Assembly: GCA_037130925.1 (NCBI GenBank)
Contig: JBAXSC010000001.1
Coordinates: 90,896 to 154,895 of the forward strand
Source of the DNA: Candidatus Nomurabacteria bacterium
GTDB taxonomy: Bacteria; Patescibacteriota; Minisyncoccia; Phycocordibacterales; UBA5272
Length of the DNA stretch: 64,000 bases
Reading direction: 5' to 3'
In this document: one piece after another, positions 48,286-60,126 of the stretch
How the letters are laid out: every line of letters starts with the position of its first letter
How positions within the stretch are numbered: the first letter of the stretch is position 1
Program-made: the position numbers and the translations under genes
The notes under the pieces: generated by a model
Told to the model about the DNA's origin: nothing
Databases searched by the model: none
What the model saw: only the letters and a program-made list of their open reading frames with translations

Positions 48286-49230
48286 TCATCATCTGATCAA
48301 GAAAATTACAATTTATTAATGGCGAAAAAGACAGAGAAAATAGTCACTGCTATTTATCTCGTCTCTCAGTTTCTCTCAAGGGAAGAAAATGTAAAACATG
48401 ATTTAAGAAAAGAAGCGAATCAACTTCTTAAAAATATAAACGCGATCGCGTACACAGACTCAAGTGAAGATGATTCAAAAAATATTTTTGCAATTTACAA
48501 ATTGTCTTTAGATAATGTGACACTTTTGATTTCCTATTTATTTGTAGCTCGTAATGCAAATCTTATTTCAAAAATGAATGCTGATATTGTGATCGAAGGG
48601 CTCCGTGTACTTGAAAATATTTTAATAAAGAAGCAGTTTAATTTTTCTAGAGAAGATATCTTGATACAAGAAGAAGAACTATTTTCAGATTTTAATAATA
48701 ATTTAGATTCTAATAAAAATTCTCTAACATCATTTGATGTCTTAACAGAAAGAAATTTAATTTCTAATACAAATGTAAATGAGAAAAATAAAAATTTAAT
48801 TACAGAAAAAATAGTAGAGAAACTAGAAAAGAGTTCAGATAAGAATATTGAAAATATTTCAGAGGGTATAGTAAATAAAGAAGGAATATTTACAATAAAA
48901 GAGACTGATAAAAGAGAAAAGTTTAAAGAAATTTTAAAAGAACAATCTATAAACGACATAATTAATTCTAAGAGACAAACTCCAGAAATAAAGCTTGAAA
49001 AACAAAAGATTGCTACAAAAACTGTAAATAATTTTAATAGAAAAAATAATAGAAAAGATCAGATTCTTTCTTTGTTTACAAAAGGCGTAGAAGTATCTAT
49101 TAATGATATAGCGAAAAAGGTGGTTGGCTGCTCTACTAAAACATTACAAAGAGAATTGAATAATCTGCTTCAGGAAAATAAGATAAAAAGAATAGGTGAT
49201 AAAAGATGGAGTAAGTATATTCTTGGTTAA
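48271..49230 (+). CDS. hypothetical protein with C-terminal winged-helix DNA-binding domain
   Basis: 319-aa ORF whose C-terminus ILSLFTKGVEVSINDIAKKVVGCSTKTLQRELNNLLQENKIKRIG resembles DeoR/MarR-type wHTH. Confidence 0.5.
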   Translation: MDKRQSSSDQENYNLLMAKKTEKIVTAIYLVSQFLSREENVKHDLRKEANQLLKNINAIAYTDSSEDDSKNIFAIYKLSLDNVTLLISYLFVARNANLISKMNADIVIEGLRVLENILIKKQFNFSREDILIQEEELFSDFNNNLDSNKNSLTSFDVLTERNLISNTNVNEKNKNLITEKIVEKLEKSSDKNIENISEGIVNKEGIFTIKETDKREKFKEILKEQSINDIINSKRQTPEIKLEKQKIATKTVNNFNRKNNRKDQILSLFTKGVEVSINDIAKKVVGCSTKTLQRELNNLLQENKIKRIGDKRWSKYILG

Positions 49231-49650
49231 TTTAAAGCCTTTATTAACAGACTTAACATTCTTAACAGAATACAGTAATTCACTTGCATTGCTTTGATAT
49301 AGGCTTTTATTTGTGGTATATTTGATTTAGACGACCTGTCTCTGGTGAGGGCGTCCTCTGGTATTTGAGGTACATTTATAAGTAATTATAGGTATCACAA
49401 AAAGATCAGATTGGTCATTGGCAATAGAATATAGGCACAGATTAGAAAAAATTATTAAAAATTATTAGTTAATATTAACCCTAATAAGTGTTCGTGTTCA
49501 ATCGCATTTTTTTATTTTTACGAAATGGAAAAATTAAAACAACGGTTGATCTAATCAAAAAGGTTTATAAAATATTTGGCTTGTCGAAGCTATCAAAAGA
49601 TATTTTATTTACTCGATCTCTATAAAGATCAAAAATTATAAAAATTTTTT

Positions 49651-52600
49651 ATGAATTTAAAATTAAAGAAAGTAGCTATTGCTACTATCTCAGCAGGACT
49701 TGTAGCTGGCGCATTCGTTGCTTCAGCTCAAACAGCTGCTACTTCATGCTTCCAATTCACACAGAATTTAAAGCTTGGTAGTACAGGTGCTCAGGTTCTA
49801 CAACTAGAAAAGACTCTCAACAATACAGGCTATACTATTTCTACAACAGGAGTAGGATCAGCAGGTATGGAGACATCATACTTTGGTGCTAAAACCAAAG
49901 CTGCGGTTATTAAATACCAAAAGGCAAATAACATTACTCCTACATCAGGAAATGTATATGCTTTAACAAGAGCTGCTCTTAATGCAAATTGTACTGCAGT
50001 AGGAACATCTACAAATAATGGAACTGGTTCAACAACAGTTTCAGTATCAGGACCTGTAACAGTTGCACTAGCAACAGTTCAACCTAATACAGTTTTAGTA
50101 TCAGGATCAGCAAGAGCAACTCTTGCTAATATCGTTTTCTCAGGAAATGGTACTGTTACTAATGTGAAATTTATGAGATCAGGTATCTCAAATAATAATA
50201 CTCTTACTAACGTGTATCTTTATGATACAGCTACAGGAGCAAGATTATCTGATGCCGTATCTGTGTTAACAGATGGATCTATAAACTTTAGTAATGGCTA
50301 TGGTATCTTTACTGTTACTGGTACAAGAGCCGTATCTGTTGTAGCTGATATCGCATTAGCTAATACTTCAGGACAATCAATTGGTGTATCTTTAGTTGGT
50401 TATACAACTTTAGGAAATCCATCAGCTGTTGTTTCTGGTATTAATGGACCAGCTCTTCCAATTGGATCAGTTACTCTTTCAACAGTTAGTCTTACTGCTC
50501 CTTCATCAGCTGGAGGAACTATCACTGCAGGTTCACCAAATGTAACACTTTGGTCAACTACAGCTACAGTAAGTAGTTCAAATGGTGGAAATGGAGTTTC
50601 ATTCAGTGGTCTTACTCTTAAGACAATTGGATCTGCACCACAAAATGCCTTTGCTAACTACAAATTATATGTTGACGGTGTTCAACAAGGTAATTCTTCT
50701 TCATTAGATACTAATGGAAGAGTTGGATTTGTATTTACTCCAAAACTATTAAGTACAGGTCAACATACAATTGAAGTACACGCTGATAATCTATCAGGTA
50801 CAGGAAGAACAATTCAATTTATGATTGAGGCTGCTGGAGATGTTTCATTTGCAGATAATAATGTTTCTGCATTTATTACTCCATCAATTGTTAATAATAC
50901 TGCATGTTCTGCTGCATGGACACTAGCTTGTGCTCAGACAGCTGTACAGTCAATTGGATCTGGATCACTTTCAATTCAATCAGACCCTTCATTTAATGTC
51001 ACACGTGCTATCGGTGGATCAAGTAATGTAACAATTGCTCAATTTATCGCTAGAGCTTTTGGTGAAGATGAAAAGGTTTATACAATGACAGTTCATCCTG
51101 TATTGTCAAACGCTACAACTTCTGGAAATGGATCAGTTGGAGGACTTAAAAATGTTGCTCTATTCTTAAATGGTGGACAAGTTGGTACAACTCAAAACTG
51201 GGATGGAACAAATGATCTTACATTTAATCTAGGATCACAATTTATCGTACCAGCTGGAACAACTTCTACAGTTGTTGTAAAAGCTGACACATTTAGTAAT
51301 ACTTCAGGTACTGCTTTAACAGGTGGTACTGTAACAGCAAATATTGTTACAGGTGTTGCTTATGGAAATGGTATAAACGGTTCTAATGCTTCTGGAGCTA
51401 CAAGTTCTTATACTGGAACTTCTGTAACTACATTAACAATTGGATCTGCACAAGGAACACTTAGTGTTTCAGGTGCTACTTCAAAGACTGTTTCTCCAAA
51501 TACTAATGACGTAAATCTTGGATCATTCTCATTCCAAACAGGATCATCAGAAGACATTACTTTGAATCAAATCAACGTAGCTTTTGCTGTTAATGGGGAT
51601 ACAAATAATCCAGGTACATTAAATGGATTTAGTAATGTTAGACTTATGAATGGTACAACTCAAGTTGGGGCTCCTTATGGATCTGCACTTGGAACAATGT
51701 CATTCTCAGCTAATAATTTACCAGTAGCAAAAAATTCAGCAATTACACTTAGTGTTATTGCTAACATTAGTAATGTTGCTTCAGGAGCTTCAACAACAGT
51801 TGCAGCTAGTGCTCAATACAGAGGTAACGTAAGTAATGTAACAGCTACATATCCTACATCAGGATATTCAACACCTGTTGTTGCTACAATTAATCAAGCA
51901 AGATTTGCTCAACCACAGCTTTCAGGAAATAATCCACAATCACAATTTATTGTTGGTGGATCTACACCAATCGCTGCAATCTTCTCACTTAAGACTACAA
52001 CAGGAGCTACAACTATCAATGAATTGAAATTCAATGTTGGTTCAAATAGTTCAGTTGTTCAATCACTTACAGTAGGAGGATCTACATTTAATGTAGATGG
52101 TTCAGGAAATGTAGACGCTACAGGATTATCTATTCCTGTAACAACTACAGCTCAAGATTTATCTGTAACAGTAAATACAGTATGTTTCAATGCTGCTGGT
52201 GGAAATTGTAATACAAATTCACTTGGAGCAAGTAATACATTTGCTGTAAAACTTACAGATATTTACTCAAATCAATCAACTGTTACTGCTTACAATTCAG
52301 CAACATCAACTGCTAATACAATGTATGTAGTTTCTTCAAAACCTACTATTGCACTTGGAACTGGCGGATCTTTGATTTACAGTACAAAGCAAGTTATCGG
52401 ACAAGTTACAATTACTCCTGATGCTGCAGGCACAATTTATGTAAATAAATTAGGCTTCAAATCAGTAATTAATGTAGGTGCTGTTGGATCTACTGCTGGT
52501 ACTACAACTTTAGCTAATCTATACGTTACAACAAATTCTGATGGAACATATTCAAACATTGCAACTTCTTCAATTGTTGCAGTTGCTACATCAGGAAATG

Positions 52601-52812
52601 GTTATAGCTTTACTTTTGCTAATCCTTCAGCTATCTCTGCTGCAACAACATATTACTTGTTCGCAGATATTGCTGGATCAGGTTCAGGAGCTTCAGTTTC
52701 AACATCATTAGATGCTTCAAACTTCTCATGGACAGAAGGAATTACAGGTGGAGTTGCTCAAGGAGCTCCTGCATCAGGATTCCCAATTTCTTCTTACTAC
52801 TTACATAACTAA
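49651..52812 (+). CDS. large secreted surface protein: signal peptide + PG_binding_1-like domain + ~950 aa S/T/G/A/V/N-rich beta-type region (S-layer/adhesin candidate)
   Basis: 1053-aa ORF with signal peptide MNLKLKKVAIATISAGLVAGAFVASAQTA and a peptidoglycan-binding-like segment (LKLGSTGAQVLQLEKTLNNTGY...FGAKTKAAVIKYQKANNI). It has almost no charged residues after residue ~110. A candidate promoter TTGATA-17-TATATT at 49294..49322 implies a ~320-nt leader. Confidence 0.75.
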   Translation: MNLKLKKVAIATISAGLVAGAFVASAQTAATSCFQFTQNLKLGSTGAQVLQLEKTLNNTGYTISTTGVGSAGMETSYFGAKTKAAVIKYQKANNITPTSGNVYALTRAALNANCTAVGTSTNNGTGSTTVSVSGPVTVALATVQPNTVLVSGSARATLANIVFSGNGTVTNVKFMRSGISNNNTLTNVYLYDTATGARLSDAVSVLTDGSINFSNGYGIFTVTGTRAVSVVADIALANTSGQSIGVSLVGYTTLGNPSAVVSGINGPALPIGSVTLSTVSLTAPSSAGGTITAGSPNVTLWSTTATVSSSNGGNGVSFSGLTLKTIGSAPQNAFANYKLYVDGVQQGNSSSLDTNGRVGFVFTPKLLSTGQHTIEVHADNLSGTGRTIQFMIEAAGDVSFADNNVSAFITPSIVNNTACSAAWTLACAQTAVQSIGSGSLSIQSDPSFNVTRAIGGSSNVTIAQFIARAFGEDEKVYTMTVHPVLSNATTSGNGSVGGLKNVALFLNGGQVGTTQNWDGTNDLTFNLGSQFIVPAGTTSTVVVKADTFSNTSGTALTGGTVTANIVTGVAYGNGINGSNASGATSSYTGTSVTTLTIGSAQGTLSVSGATSKTVSPNTNDVNLGSFSFQTGSSEDITLNQINVAFAVNGDTNNPGTLNGFSNVRLMNGTTQVGAPYGSALGTMSFSANNLPVAKNSAITLSVIANISNVASGASTTVAASAQYRGNVSNVTATYPTSGYSTPVVATINQARFAQPQLSGNNPQSQFIVGGSTPIAAIFSLKTTTGATTINELKFNVGSNSSVVQSLTVGGSTFNVDGSGNVDATGLSIPVTTTAQDLSVTVNTVCFNAAGGNCNTNSLGASNTFAVKLTDIYSNQSTVTAYNSATSTANTMYVVSSKPTIALGTGGSLIYSTKQVIGQVTITPDAAGTIYVNKLGFKSVINVGAVGSTAGTTTLANLYVTTNSDGTYSNIATSSIVAVATSGNGYSFTFANPSAISAATTYYLFADIAGSGSGASVSTSLDASNFSWTEGITGGVAQGAPASGFPISSYYLHN

Positions 52813-52912
52813 TCTGTCCTATATTCTATAAATAATTATTTGGAATAAAATCTCAATAAATATTTAAAAAATAAATTACGGAAAAATAATGTAAATTTCT
52901 AAAGAAAGAAAT

Positions 52913-52946
52913 AAACAAAACCCTCGAAAGAGGGTTTTGTTTTTTG
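52913..52946 (+). terminator. intrinsic terminator
   Basis: aaacaaaaccctc-gaaa-gagggttttgttttttg. Confidence 0.75.
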
Positions 52947-53005
52947 TCTTAAACAGTGATTAAATGATTGACTGAAATACTGTGATAAAATATAAATATT
53001 AATAT

Positions 53006-53428
53006 ATGACAGAAAATAGTTCATATAAATATTCAGATCTTACTAAAAAAATTATTGGTGCAGCTATAGAAGTACATAAAATTTTCGGGAATGGATTTCA
53101 AGAAGTAATTTATCAGAGATGTCTAGCTATAGAACTTAGTGAAAGAAAAATTATTTTTGAAAGAGAAAAAGAAATGTTGTTAGATTATAAAGGCATAAAT
53201 GTAGGAACAAGAAGAGTCGATTTTTTAGTTGAAAATAAAATAATGCTAGAATTAAAAGCTGTTGAGAAAATAGAAGATGTTCATCTTGCTCAAACTATAA
53301 ATTATTTAGAGGCTTATAATTTAGAGATTGGATTACTTATAAATTTTGGTTCTAAAAGCTTAGAGTTTAGAAGGGTTGTAAATGGAAAATTGTTAGATAA
53401 AAATAAGAAATCACAGTCAGTCAATTAA
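53006..53428 (+). CDS. GxxExxY family protein (PD-(D/E)XK-like)
   Basis: 140-aa ORF with GNGFQEVIYQ (GxxExxY), RVDFLVENKIMLELKA and GLLINFG motifs. Confidence 0.75.
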   Translation: MTENSSYKYSDLTKKIIGAAIEVHKIFGNGFQEVIYQRCLAIELSERKIIFEREKEMLLDYKGINVGTRRVDFLVENKIMLELKAVEKIEDVHLAQTINYLEAYNLEIGLLINFGSKSLEFRRVVNGKLLDKNKKSQSVN

Positions 53429-56156
53429 TCATAAAAATCAGTGTTCAAAAATATTAATAAATATTAAAAACTATTTTAGTTTATTTTTTGCTTAAATATT
53501 GTTATTTTTAACAGAAAAAAGTATTTGATTTTAGCCAGATTTCCCTTATTTTTTGTAGTTTTTTATAAAAATAAATTAATAATAGAGATTTAGACTAAAT
53601 TGCTTGCATTTTTTTTTGGCTTATGATAAGATACTAAAACCTAAATATGTTAAATAATTTAAATATCTAATTGAGCAGCTGATGACAGAAGTGTTCTGTT
53701 ATAGCCGCTCGAAAAGCGGTTTTAATTTTTAAAAATATTTAGTTGTAACTTGTAAATAGAATCCCATAGCATAGTCAATTTAGTGTCCCAAACATTTGGG
53801 GTCTTTTCAGACAATGTATATGGATGTGAAAAAAAGGTAAAAATACTGTAAACAAAAATAAAATATCTCGGAGGCAGCGGTGCCCGAGAGATATGGATGG
53901 TAAATATATTTCCTGATAGGAAATAAGAGCATAAGGTGGATGCCTTGGTTCAAGGAAGCGATGAAAGACGTGATCAGGCTGCGATATGTTTCGGGGAGGT
54001 GCCTAATAACCTTCGATCCGGAAATTTCTGAATGAGGAAACTCTCTCAAAGTAATGTTTGAGAATCTAGGGAGCATATCTCTAGAGGCGTACCTGGGGAA
54101 GTAAAACATTTCAGTACCCAGAGGAAAAGAAAACAAAGTTTATTCCGCAAGTAGCGGCGAGCGAAAACGGAGGAGCCCAAACCTACACTAGCAATAGTGT
54201 GGGGGTTGTAGCATAAAGACGTAGAATTATCTAGAAGAGTTACAAAAGTTGATTATAAATTAAGTTGTTGGAAAGCAACGCCAAAGAAGGTGATAGCCCC
54301 GTAATTGAAATTTTCAACTCTCTTTTGTCTTTACTGCTGAGTAGTTCGAGACACGAATAGCTCGGATGAATCTGCCGGAACTAACCGGTAAGGCTAAATA
54401 TTCCTTGAAACCGATAGTGAACTAGTACCGCGAGGGAAAGGTGAAAAGAACCCCGGGAGGGGAGTGAAATAGAACTGAAACCTTATGTTTACAAAGAGTT
54501 GAAGAGGACTTGATCCTCGACAGCGTGCCTATTGAAGAATGAGCCAACGAGTTGTATTATCGAGCTAGGCTAAGCAGCATAAAGTTGCGGAGCCGCTAGC
54601 GAAAGCGAGTGTTAATAGCGCGAAAAATAAGTTCAATAATACAGACCCGAAGCCGGATGAGCTACCCATGAGCAGGGTGAAGCCTATCGAAAGATAGGTG
54701 GAGGCCCGAACTAATAAGTTGTGCGACTCTTTTGGATGACTTGTGGGTTGGAGTGAAAAGCTAATCGAATTCGGTAATAGCTGGTTCTCGTCGAAATATT
54801 TTTTGGAATAGCGTCAGGTGGTCCCTTTGGGGGTAGAGCACTGGAAGGTCTTGACTAGTGGAAACACGGCAATACCTATCAAACTCCGAATACCAAAGAT
54901 TAATAGCCTGGCAGTCAGACTACGGGGGCGAAGCTCCGTCGGTCTAAAGGGAAACAGCCCAGATCTAAAATTAAGGTCCCTAAGTATATGTTAAGTGTAA
55001 GCGAGGATGTGGAGTTTCATTGACAATGAGGATGTTGGCTTAGAAGCAGCCATCATTGAAAGAAAGCGTAACAGCTCACCCATCGAGAGACTCTGCGCCA
55101 CAGATGATCGGGACTCAAACATATCACCGAAGTTTAGGGATTGTATGCTTTATTGTATACAATCGGTAGACGAGTGTTCCACTCTGCGTTGAAGCGGAAG
55201 GGGTGACCCACCGTGGAGCGTGTGGAAGTACGAATGTTGGCACAAGTAACCGCAATGGGGGTGAGATCCCCCCACGCCGAAAGAATAAGGTTTCCTTCGC
55301 AATGATTGTCAGCGAAGGGTTAGTCGGGCCTAAGCAGATGGCTATGCGCCGAATGCGATGGACATAAGGTTAATATTCCTTAACTTGGTATAAATGTGAT
55401 GGAATGACGCATTGTTGTAATTTACGCCTCTTATCAGATTGAGGTCTTTGTAATGATTGGCTAGAGCATGTAAATCAGTTCTAGAATACTGAGAGTTATG
55501 AAGCGAAGGTACTGGCAACAGTATTGAAGGTAGGTGAGCACGGTGCCAAGAAAAGTTTCTACATCTACTGAATAGTAGATATTGTTTTGTGAATAATGGA
55601 TCTAGATTTATCTGTGATCTATTATTCACAAATTTAACAATACTTTAAATTTATATTAATCCGTACCGCAAACCGACACAGGTATTCAGGTCGAGTAGAC
55701 CAAGGCGAACGAGTGATTTCTCCCTAAGGAACTAGGCAAAAAAGCAGCCGTAAGTTAGCAATAAGGCTTGCCGCCATCACTTTGCATTTAATGTGAAGTG
55801 GTTCCTAGAGAATAAAGTGAGACGTAAATAATGTTAGAGCTAATATTATTTACAAAAAAGTTTTAAGAAATTTTTTTTCTAGGGCACTGTCATTTTGAAA
55901 TCAAAGTGATGGCGGCCGCAGCGAAAGTTTCTCTGGCAACTGTTTATCTAAAACACAGCTCCATGCGAACTCGTAAGAGTATGTATATGGGGTGACACCT
56001 GACCAATGCGGGAAGGTCAAATATCGGTGGTCACATTCTATTTTTGAAATTTATATGAATTAGATTTATTTAAGTCGTATATTTTTTGAGGGTAGAATGT
56101 GGCTGACTGATATAAGCCCCCGTCAATGTCGGCGATAACTATAATCGTCCTAAGGT

Positions 56157-56368
56157 TCTGATTATATTTTTAAAATATGATCAGATATTGGGACGAATTA
56201 TGACTAGTGTTTTAAAAATAGTTTTAAATTCATGCATCATTTTAAAAGCTACCCGCACTTATAGAAATATATTATGCGTAAATGTACTCAATTAGAGACC
56301 AACGGTACACATCTTAATCTTGTAAAAGAAAAGATGAAGATAGAGTCCAACTTTTAAAGGAACAGTTG
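56157..56368 (+). mobile_element. ORF-less group I-like intron in 23S rRNA (after the position equivalent to E. coli U1931)
   Basis: A 212-nt insertion splits CCTAAGGT|AGCGAA. The 5' exon ends in U and the insert ends in G. ttgggacg (56188..56195) can pair with exon cgtcctaa. The core string gatgaagatagagtccaac parallels the second intron. Confidence 0.65.
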
Positions 56369-56940
56369 AGCGAAGTTCCTTGTCTGGTAAGTTCAGACGT
56401 GCACGAATGGTGTAATGACTGGGGAACTGTCTCAGGGAGTAGCTCGGTGAAAATACAGTGGCGGTGAAGATGCCGCCTACCTGCAGATAGACGAAAAGAC
56501 CCCGTGAGCTTTACTCTAGCTTGGTATTGTGTTTATTAATTTATTGCGTAGTATAGTGGTGAGAGGTTTGATGGTGTAGGTCTCGGCTTACATTTACTCG
56601 ACAATGAAATAGCCATCTTTAAATTGGTAAACACTAACCTCGGCGGAAAAAACGACGAGAGACAGTATCTGGTGGGGAGTTTTACTGGGGTGGTACCCTC
56701 CTAAAGAGTAACGGAGGGGTTTATTAAGGTCAGTTAGGCGCGAATGGAAACCGTGCCGATAGTGTAATGGCATAAACTGGCTTGACTGTAAGACGGGCAT
56801 GTCGAGCAGATACGAAAGTAGGACATAGTGAACCGACAATTCGCATTAGATGCGGTTGGAGATTAACGGATAGAAGCTACCACGGGGATAACAGGCTAGT
56901 TCCGCCTAAGAGTTCATATCGACGGCGGAGTTCGGCACCT

Positions 56941-57294
56941 TAACTTATGTTACAAGTTCTAAAGAACAACATACATCGGGGTGCCTAGGGCAGTAATGCA
57001 CTATAAAAAATATTTAGCTATATGCTGGAACTCCTGGCCATAATAGTATCTATGACTCAAACAGTAATCTGAAAAGATAAGCTGAGTAGTTTAAAAACAA
57101 TAGATATGCAGGACGATCAGCAGGGAAGACTTCTAAGTTTATGAATAATAAATATGAAGAACCCTCAGAGACTACACGCTAAACTCCTAATTAATTTAGG
57201 ATGAAGATATAGTCCAATCCTCACAGCAATGTGGGAAGATACGTGTTTCGTCACACGTGCAATAGGAGATTTAAGATAGATCAGAACCAGACAG
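56941..57294 (+). mobile_element. ORF-less group I intron in 23S rRNA (after the position equivalent to E. coli U2500)
   Basis: A 354-nt insertion splits GGCACCT|CGATGTCGG. The internal guide ggggtgcc (56978..56985) pairs with exon ggcacct, giving a U-G wobble at the splice site. The terminal nucleotide is G at 57294. Conserved core strings cagagactacacg and gaagatatagtcc are present. Confidence 0.85.
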
Positions 57295-57327
57295 CGATGT
57301 CGGCTCATCTTATCCTGGGGCTGGAGA

Positions 57328-57360
<33 letters not shown>

Positions 57361-57852
57361 AAGATACGCGAGCTGGGTTCAAACCGTCGTGAGACAGGTT
57401 GGTCTCCTATCTACTGCAGGCGTTTGAATATTGAGGAGATTTGTCTCTAGTACGAGAGGACCGAGATGAACTGACCTCTGGTATATGGGCTCTAGCGCTA
57501 GCTGGACCGCCCAGTAGCCAAGTCGGGAATGGATAAGTTCTGAAAGCATCTAAGAACGAAGCCAACTCCAAGATAAGTATTCGATTGAGGGTCGTAAGAG
57601 ATGATTACGTTGATAGGATCTAAGTGTACGCACAGTAATGTGTTCAGCTGAGGATTACTAATAACCCGATCTTGTCAGGTAATATGTTTATCATGAAAGT
57701 AGTTTTTATTTTTATTTATATTTCACTTCTGAATTCTAGGAATTGGTTCTTGTAATCAATTTTTAGAATTCAGATGTGAAAATTGTATTCTTTTTTCACA
57801 TTTTAGATTCTAATAACAAACAGATTTACTCAAAAAATTTATTTTTTGAGTA

Positions 57853-57970
57853 CTCTGTTCTCCCGATTTAGATGAAGGGTAACACACCATCTCATTTCGA
57901 ACTGGATCGTGAAGACTTCACTCAGCGATGGTAGCTGAATAAGCAAGAGTAGTTTCTCGGGAGAACAGAG
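57853..57970 (+). rRNA. rrf: 5S ribosomal RNA
   Basis: The ends pair (ctctgttctcccg / cgggagaacagag). The internal ccatctcatttcgaactggatcgtgaagac and cagcgatggtagc...agagtag match 5S loop B/C and helix IV/V patterns. Confidence 0.9.
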
Positions 57971-58114
57971 TACTTAAATTTATTTTCGTGCTCGAAAACA
58001 AAAAGACTTTGATTTATCAAGGTCTTTTTGTTTATCTAATAATATTTGACATATTTCAATATAAATGATAGATTCATAAAGGTATCTTGATTTTTAAATC
58101 TAAAATTCATTATC

Positions 58115-58420
58115 ATGAAAGGAGAAATTGGTTTTTATGCTGGCATACTACCTCTCCTTCAAATAGTGAGAGATAGAGATGAGAATAAAATAAAAGAAGA
58201 AGAATTTAAAAAGCATAAAGGATGTGCTATTAAAAAAAAGTACACAAAAAAAGAAGCTAAAACCTTAATAAATTATACAAGGAAGCAAGGTAGAGAAATT
58301 CGTATGTATGAATGTAAACCGTGCCAAGGATGGCATGTTACACATACAGGAATTAAAATAAAATTCTTTAAAAGACGTAGAAAATATTATAAAAAACTAC
58401 GTAAAAAAGTTTGGTGGTAA
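58115..58420 (+). CDS. hypothetical basic protein with CxxC...WH motif
   Basis: 101-aa ORF with YECKPCQGWHVTH and an Arg/Lys-rich tail. A TTGACA-17-TAGATT promoter lies upstream. Confidence 0.45.
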   Translation: MKGEIGFYAGILPLLQIVRDRDENKIKEEEFKKHKGCAIKKKYTKKEAKTLINYTRKQGREIRMYECKPCQGWHVTHTGIKIKFFKRRRKYYKKLRKKVWW

Positions 58421-58452
58421 AAAGGTCTATTTTTAATAGACCTTTTTGTTTT

Positions 58453-59418
58453 TTATATTAATTCTTTAATTCCTTTTTCTAATATTTTTTTAGGTTCCCA
58501 ATCTATAAATTTTTTAATTTTAGAATTGTCTCCAATTGATTTTTTAGGCTCTTTTCTGGCTTTTTCGTAGATTATTTTTATCTCTTTATTTTTCTTTATT
58601 TTTAAAACCATTTCAGCGATATTTTTTATTTTGGTTTCTTTATTGGTAGAAATATTAAATACTTCGAATATATTATTTTCATCTTGCGATTTAATCTTTT
58701 TCATTATTAATTCTATTGCATTAGCTACATCTTCGACATGAATAAAATCTCTAGTCTGATTTCCGTCACCAAAGATAGTTATATTTTCGTTATTTTGAAT
58801 TTGTTTTATAAATCTACCAATAACAGGGGCGTAATTTCCAGTATTGTGTTGCATATTTCCCCAAACATTTGAGAATCTTAATCCTACAATATTCATACTG
58901 TATAATTCAGAATACATTTTTCCTATTAATTCATCTATGTATTTAGATAAGCCATAAGGGCTTTCAGGATGGGTTTTCTTGCTTTCATTAGTCTTTCCAT
59001 TCATAGAGCCATAAACTGCTGCAGATGAGGCAAATATTACATTATGCACGCTATTTATTCTTGCAGCTTCAAATATATTAATAGTTCCAGATATGTTAGT
59101 AGAAAAACATTCTTTAGGTTCGTTTATACTATTTGTGGCAGATATAAAAGCTGCTAAATGTATGACAGTTTTAGCTTCTTTAAAAATATCTTTTATAGAA
59201 TCAAAATCTCTTATATCTTTTTTATGTATAATGATATTTTCTTGATCTTTAAATATTTTTTTAAATTCTTTATAAGTTTCTTGATTTGTAAATTCATTTT
59301 TAAACCAATCTATTATATGTATTTCTAATTGTTTATTTTTAGAAAGTTTTTTAATCAAATTTTTTCCTATAAAACCAGCACCTCCAGCTATAATAATTTT
59401 TTCTTTTTTATTTTGCAT
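58453..59418 (-). CDS. NAD-dependent epimerase/dehydratase (UDP-glucose 4-epimerase-like SDR)
   Basis: 321-aa ORF with Rossmann motif IIAGGAGFIGKNL and catalytic YxxxK (PYGLSKY). Confidence 0.85.
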   Translation of the reverse strand: MQNKKEKIIIAGGAGFIGKNLIKKLSKNKQLEIHIIDWFKNEFTNQETYKEFKKIFKDQENIIIHKKDIRDFDSIKDIFKEAKTVIHLAAFISATNSINEPKECFSTNISGTINIFEAARINSVHNVIFASSAAVYGSMNGKTNESKKTHPESPYGLSKYIDELIGKMYSELYSMNIVGLRFSNVWGNMQHNTGNYAPVIGRFIKQIQNNENITIFGDGNQTRDFIHVEDVANAIELIMKKIKSQDENNIFEVFNISTNKETKIKNIAEMVLKIKKNKEIKIIYEKARKEPKKSIGDNSKIKKFIDWEPKKILEKGIKELI

Positions 59419-59439
59419 ATTTTAATTATATATGTTATA

Positions 59440-59590
59440 GTTTTACTTGTAAACCAAAGAAGTAAGCGGGCTATAAAAACCCTTAAAATATAAAGCTTAC
59501 GGAGGTCGAACTAAAATAGTTTACCGGAAATTCTCAATACAATTCTTTGGTTTGGGAATTTTTGTTTATCAAAATAATAAATGACAAAAT
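59440..59590 (+). promoter_or_regulatory. structured 5' leader of rplJ-rplL (probable L10 autoregulatory leader)
   Basis: A long-range stem aaccaaagaa (about 59451) / ttctttggtt (about 59546) encloses gtaagc...gcttac and ggg...ccc hairpins. The position matches known L10 leaders. Confidence 0.45.
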
Positions 59591-60076
59591 ATGGCATTAA
59601 GTAAAAATAAAAAATCTGAATTGATAGAAAAATATTCTAATATTCTAGATAACGCTAAAACTTTTGTTTACGTGAAGTTCAAAGGTCTCAATGTTAAAGA
59701 TACAGAGATTCTAAGAAAAAAACTTTTTGCAGAAAATATTTCTTACAGTGTGGTAAAGAAAACTCTTTGGAACAGAGCTCTTAACGATAAAAATATTTCT
59801 GGTGATAAACCTGAAATAGAAGTCGAAATGGCTGTTATTGCTGGATCTGATCTACTTGCACCAGCAAGAATAGCAAATGATTTTGCTAAAGAACACAAAG
59901 GGGTATTCTCTATTATGGGAGGAATTTTTGATGGAGTTTTCAAAGATGAGAAATCAATGATGGAAATTGCGACAATTCCTTCAAGAGAAGTTCTTCTTTC
60001 ACAAATTGCATTCTTACTTAAATCTCCAATGCAAAGATTGGCGATTGGCGTAAACGAAGTTGCAAAAAAGAAATAA
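59591..60076 (+). CDS. rplJ: 50S ribosomal protein L10
   Basis: 161-aa ORF with an L10-like sequence, upstream of L7/L12. Confidence 0.9.
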   Translation: MALSKNKKSELIEKYSNILDNAKTFVYVKFKGLNVKDTEILRKKLFAENISYSVVKKTLWNRALNDKNISGDKPEIEVEMAVIAGSDLLAPARIANDFAKEHKGVFSIMGGIFDGVFKDEKSMMEIATIPSREVLLSQIAFLLKSPMQRLAIGVNEVAKKK

Positions 60077-60126
60077 TATTTCTAAAACTAGAAAAATTAT
60101 CAATAATTAATAATTAAAATAAAACT

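Noticed and set aside
53807-56839. Four listed ORFs inside the rRNA region (53807..54136 -, 55007..55192 +, 55342..55629 -, 56594..56839 -).
   Set aside because: All lie within sequence that aligns to conserved 23S rRNA. None sits inside the introns as a homing-endonuclease-like ORF, so I treated them as spurious.
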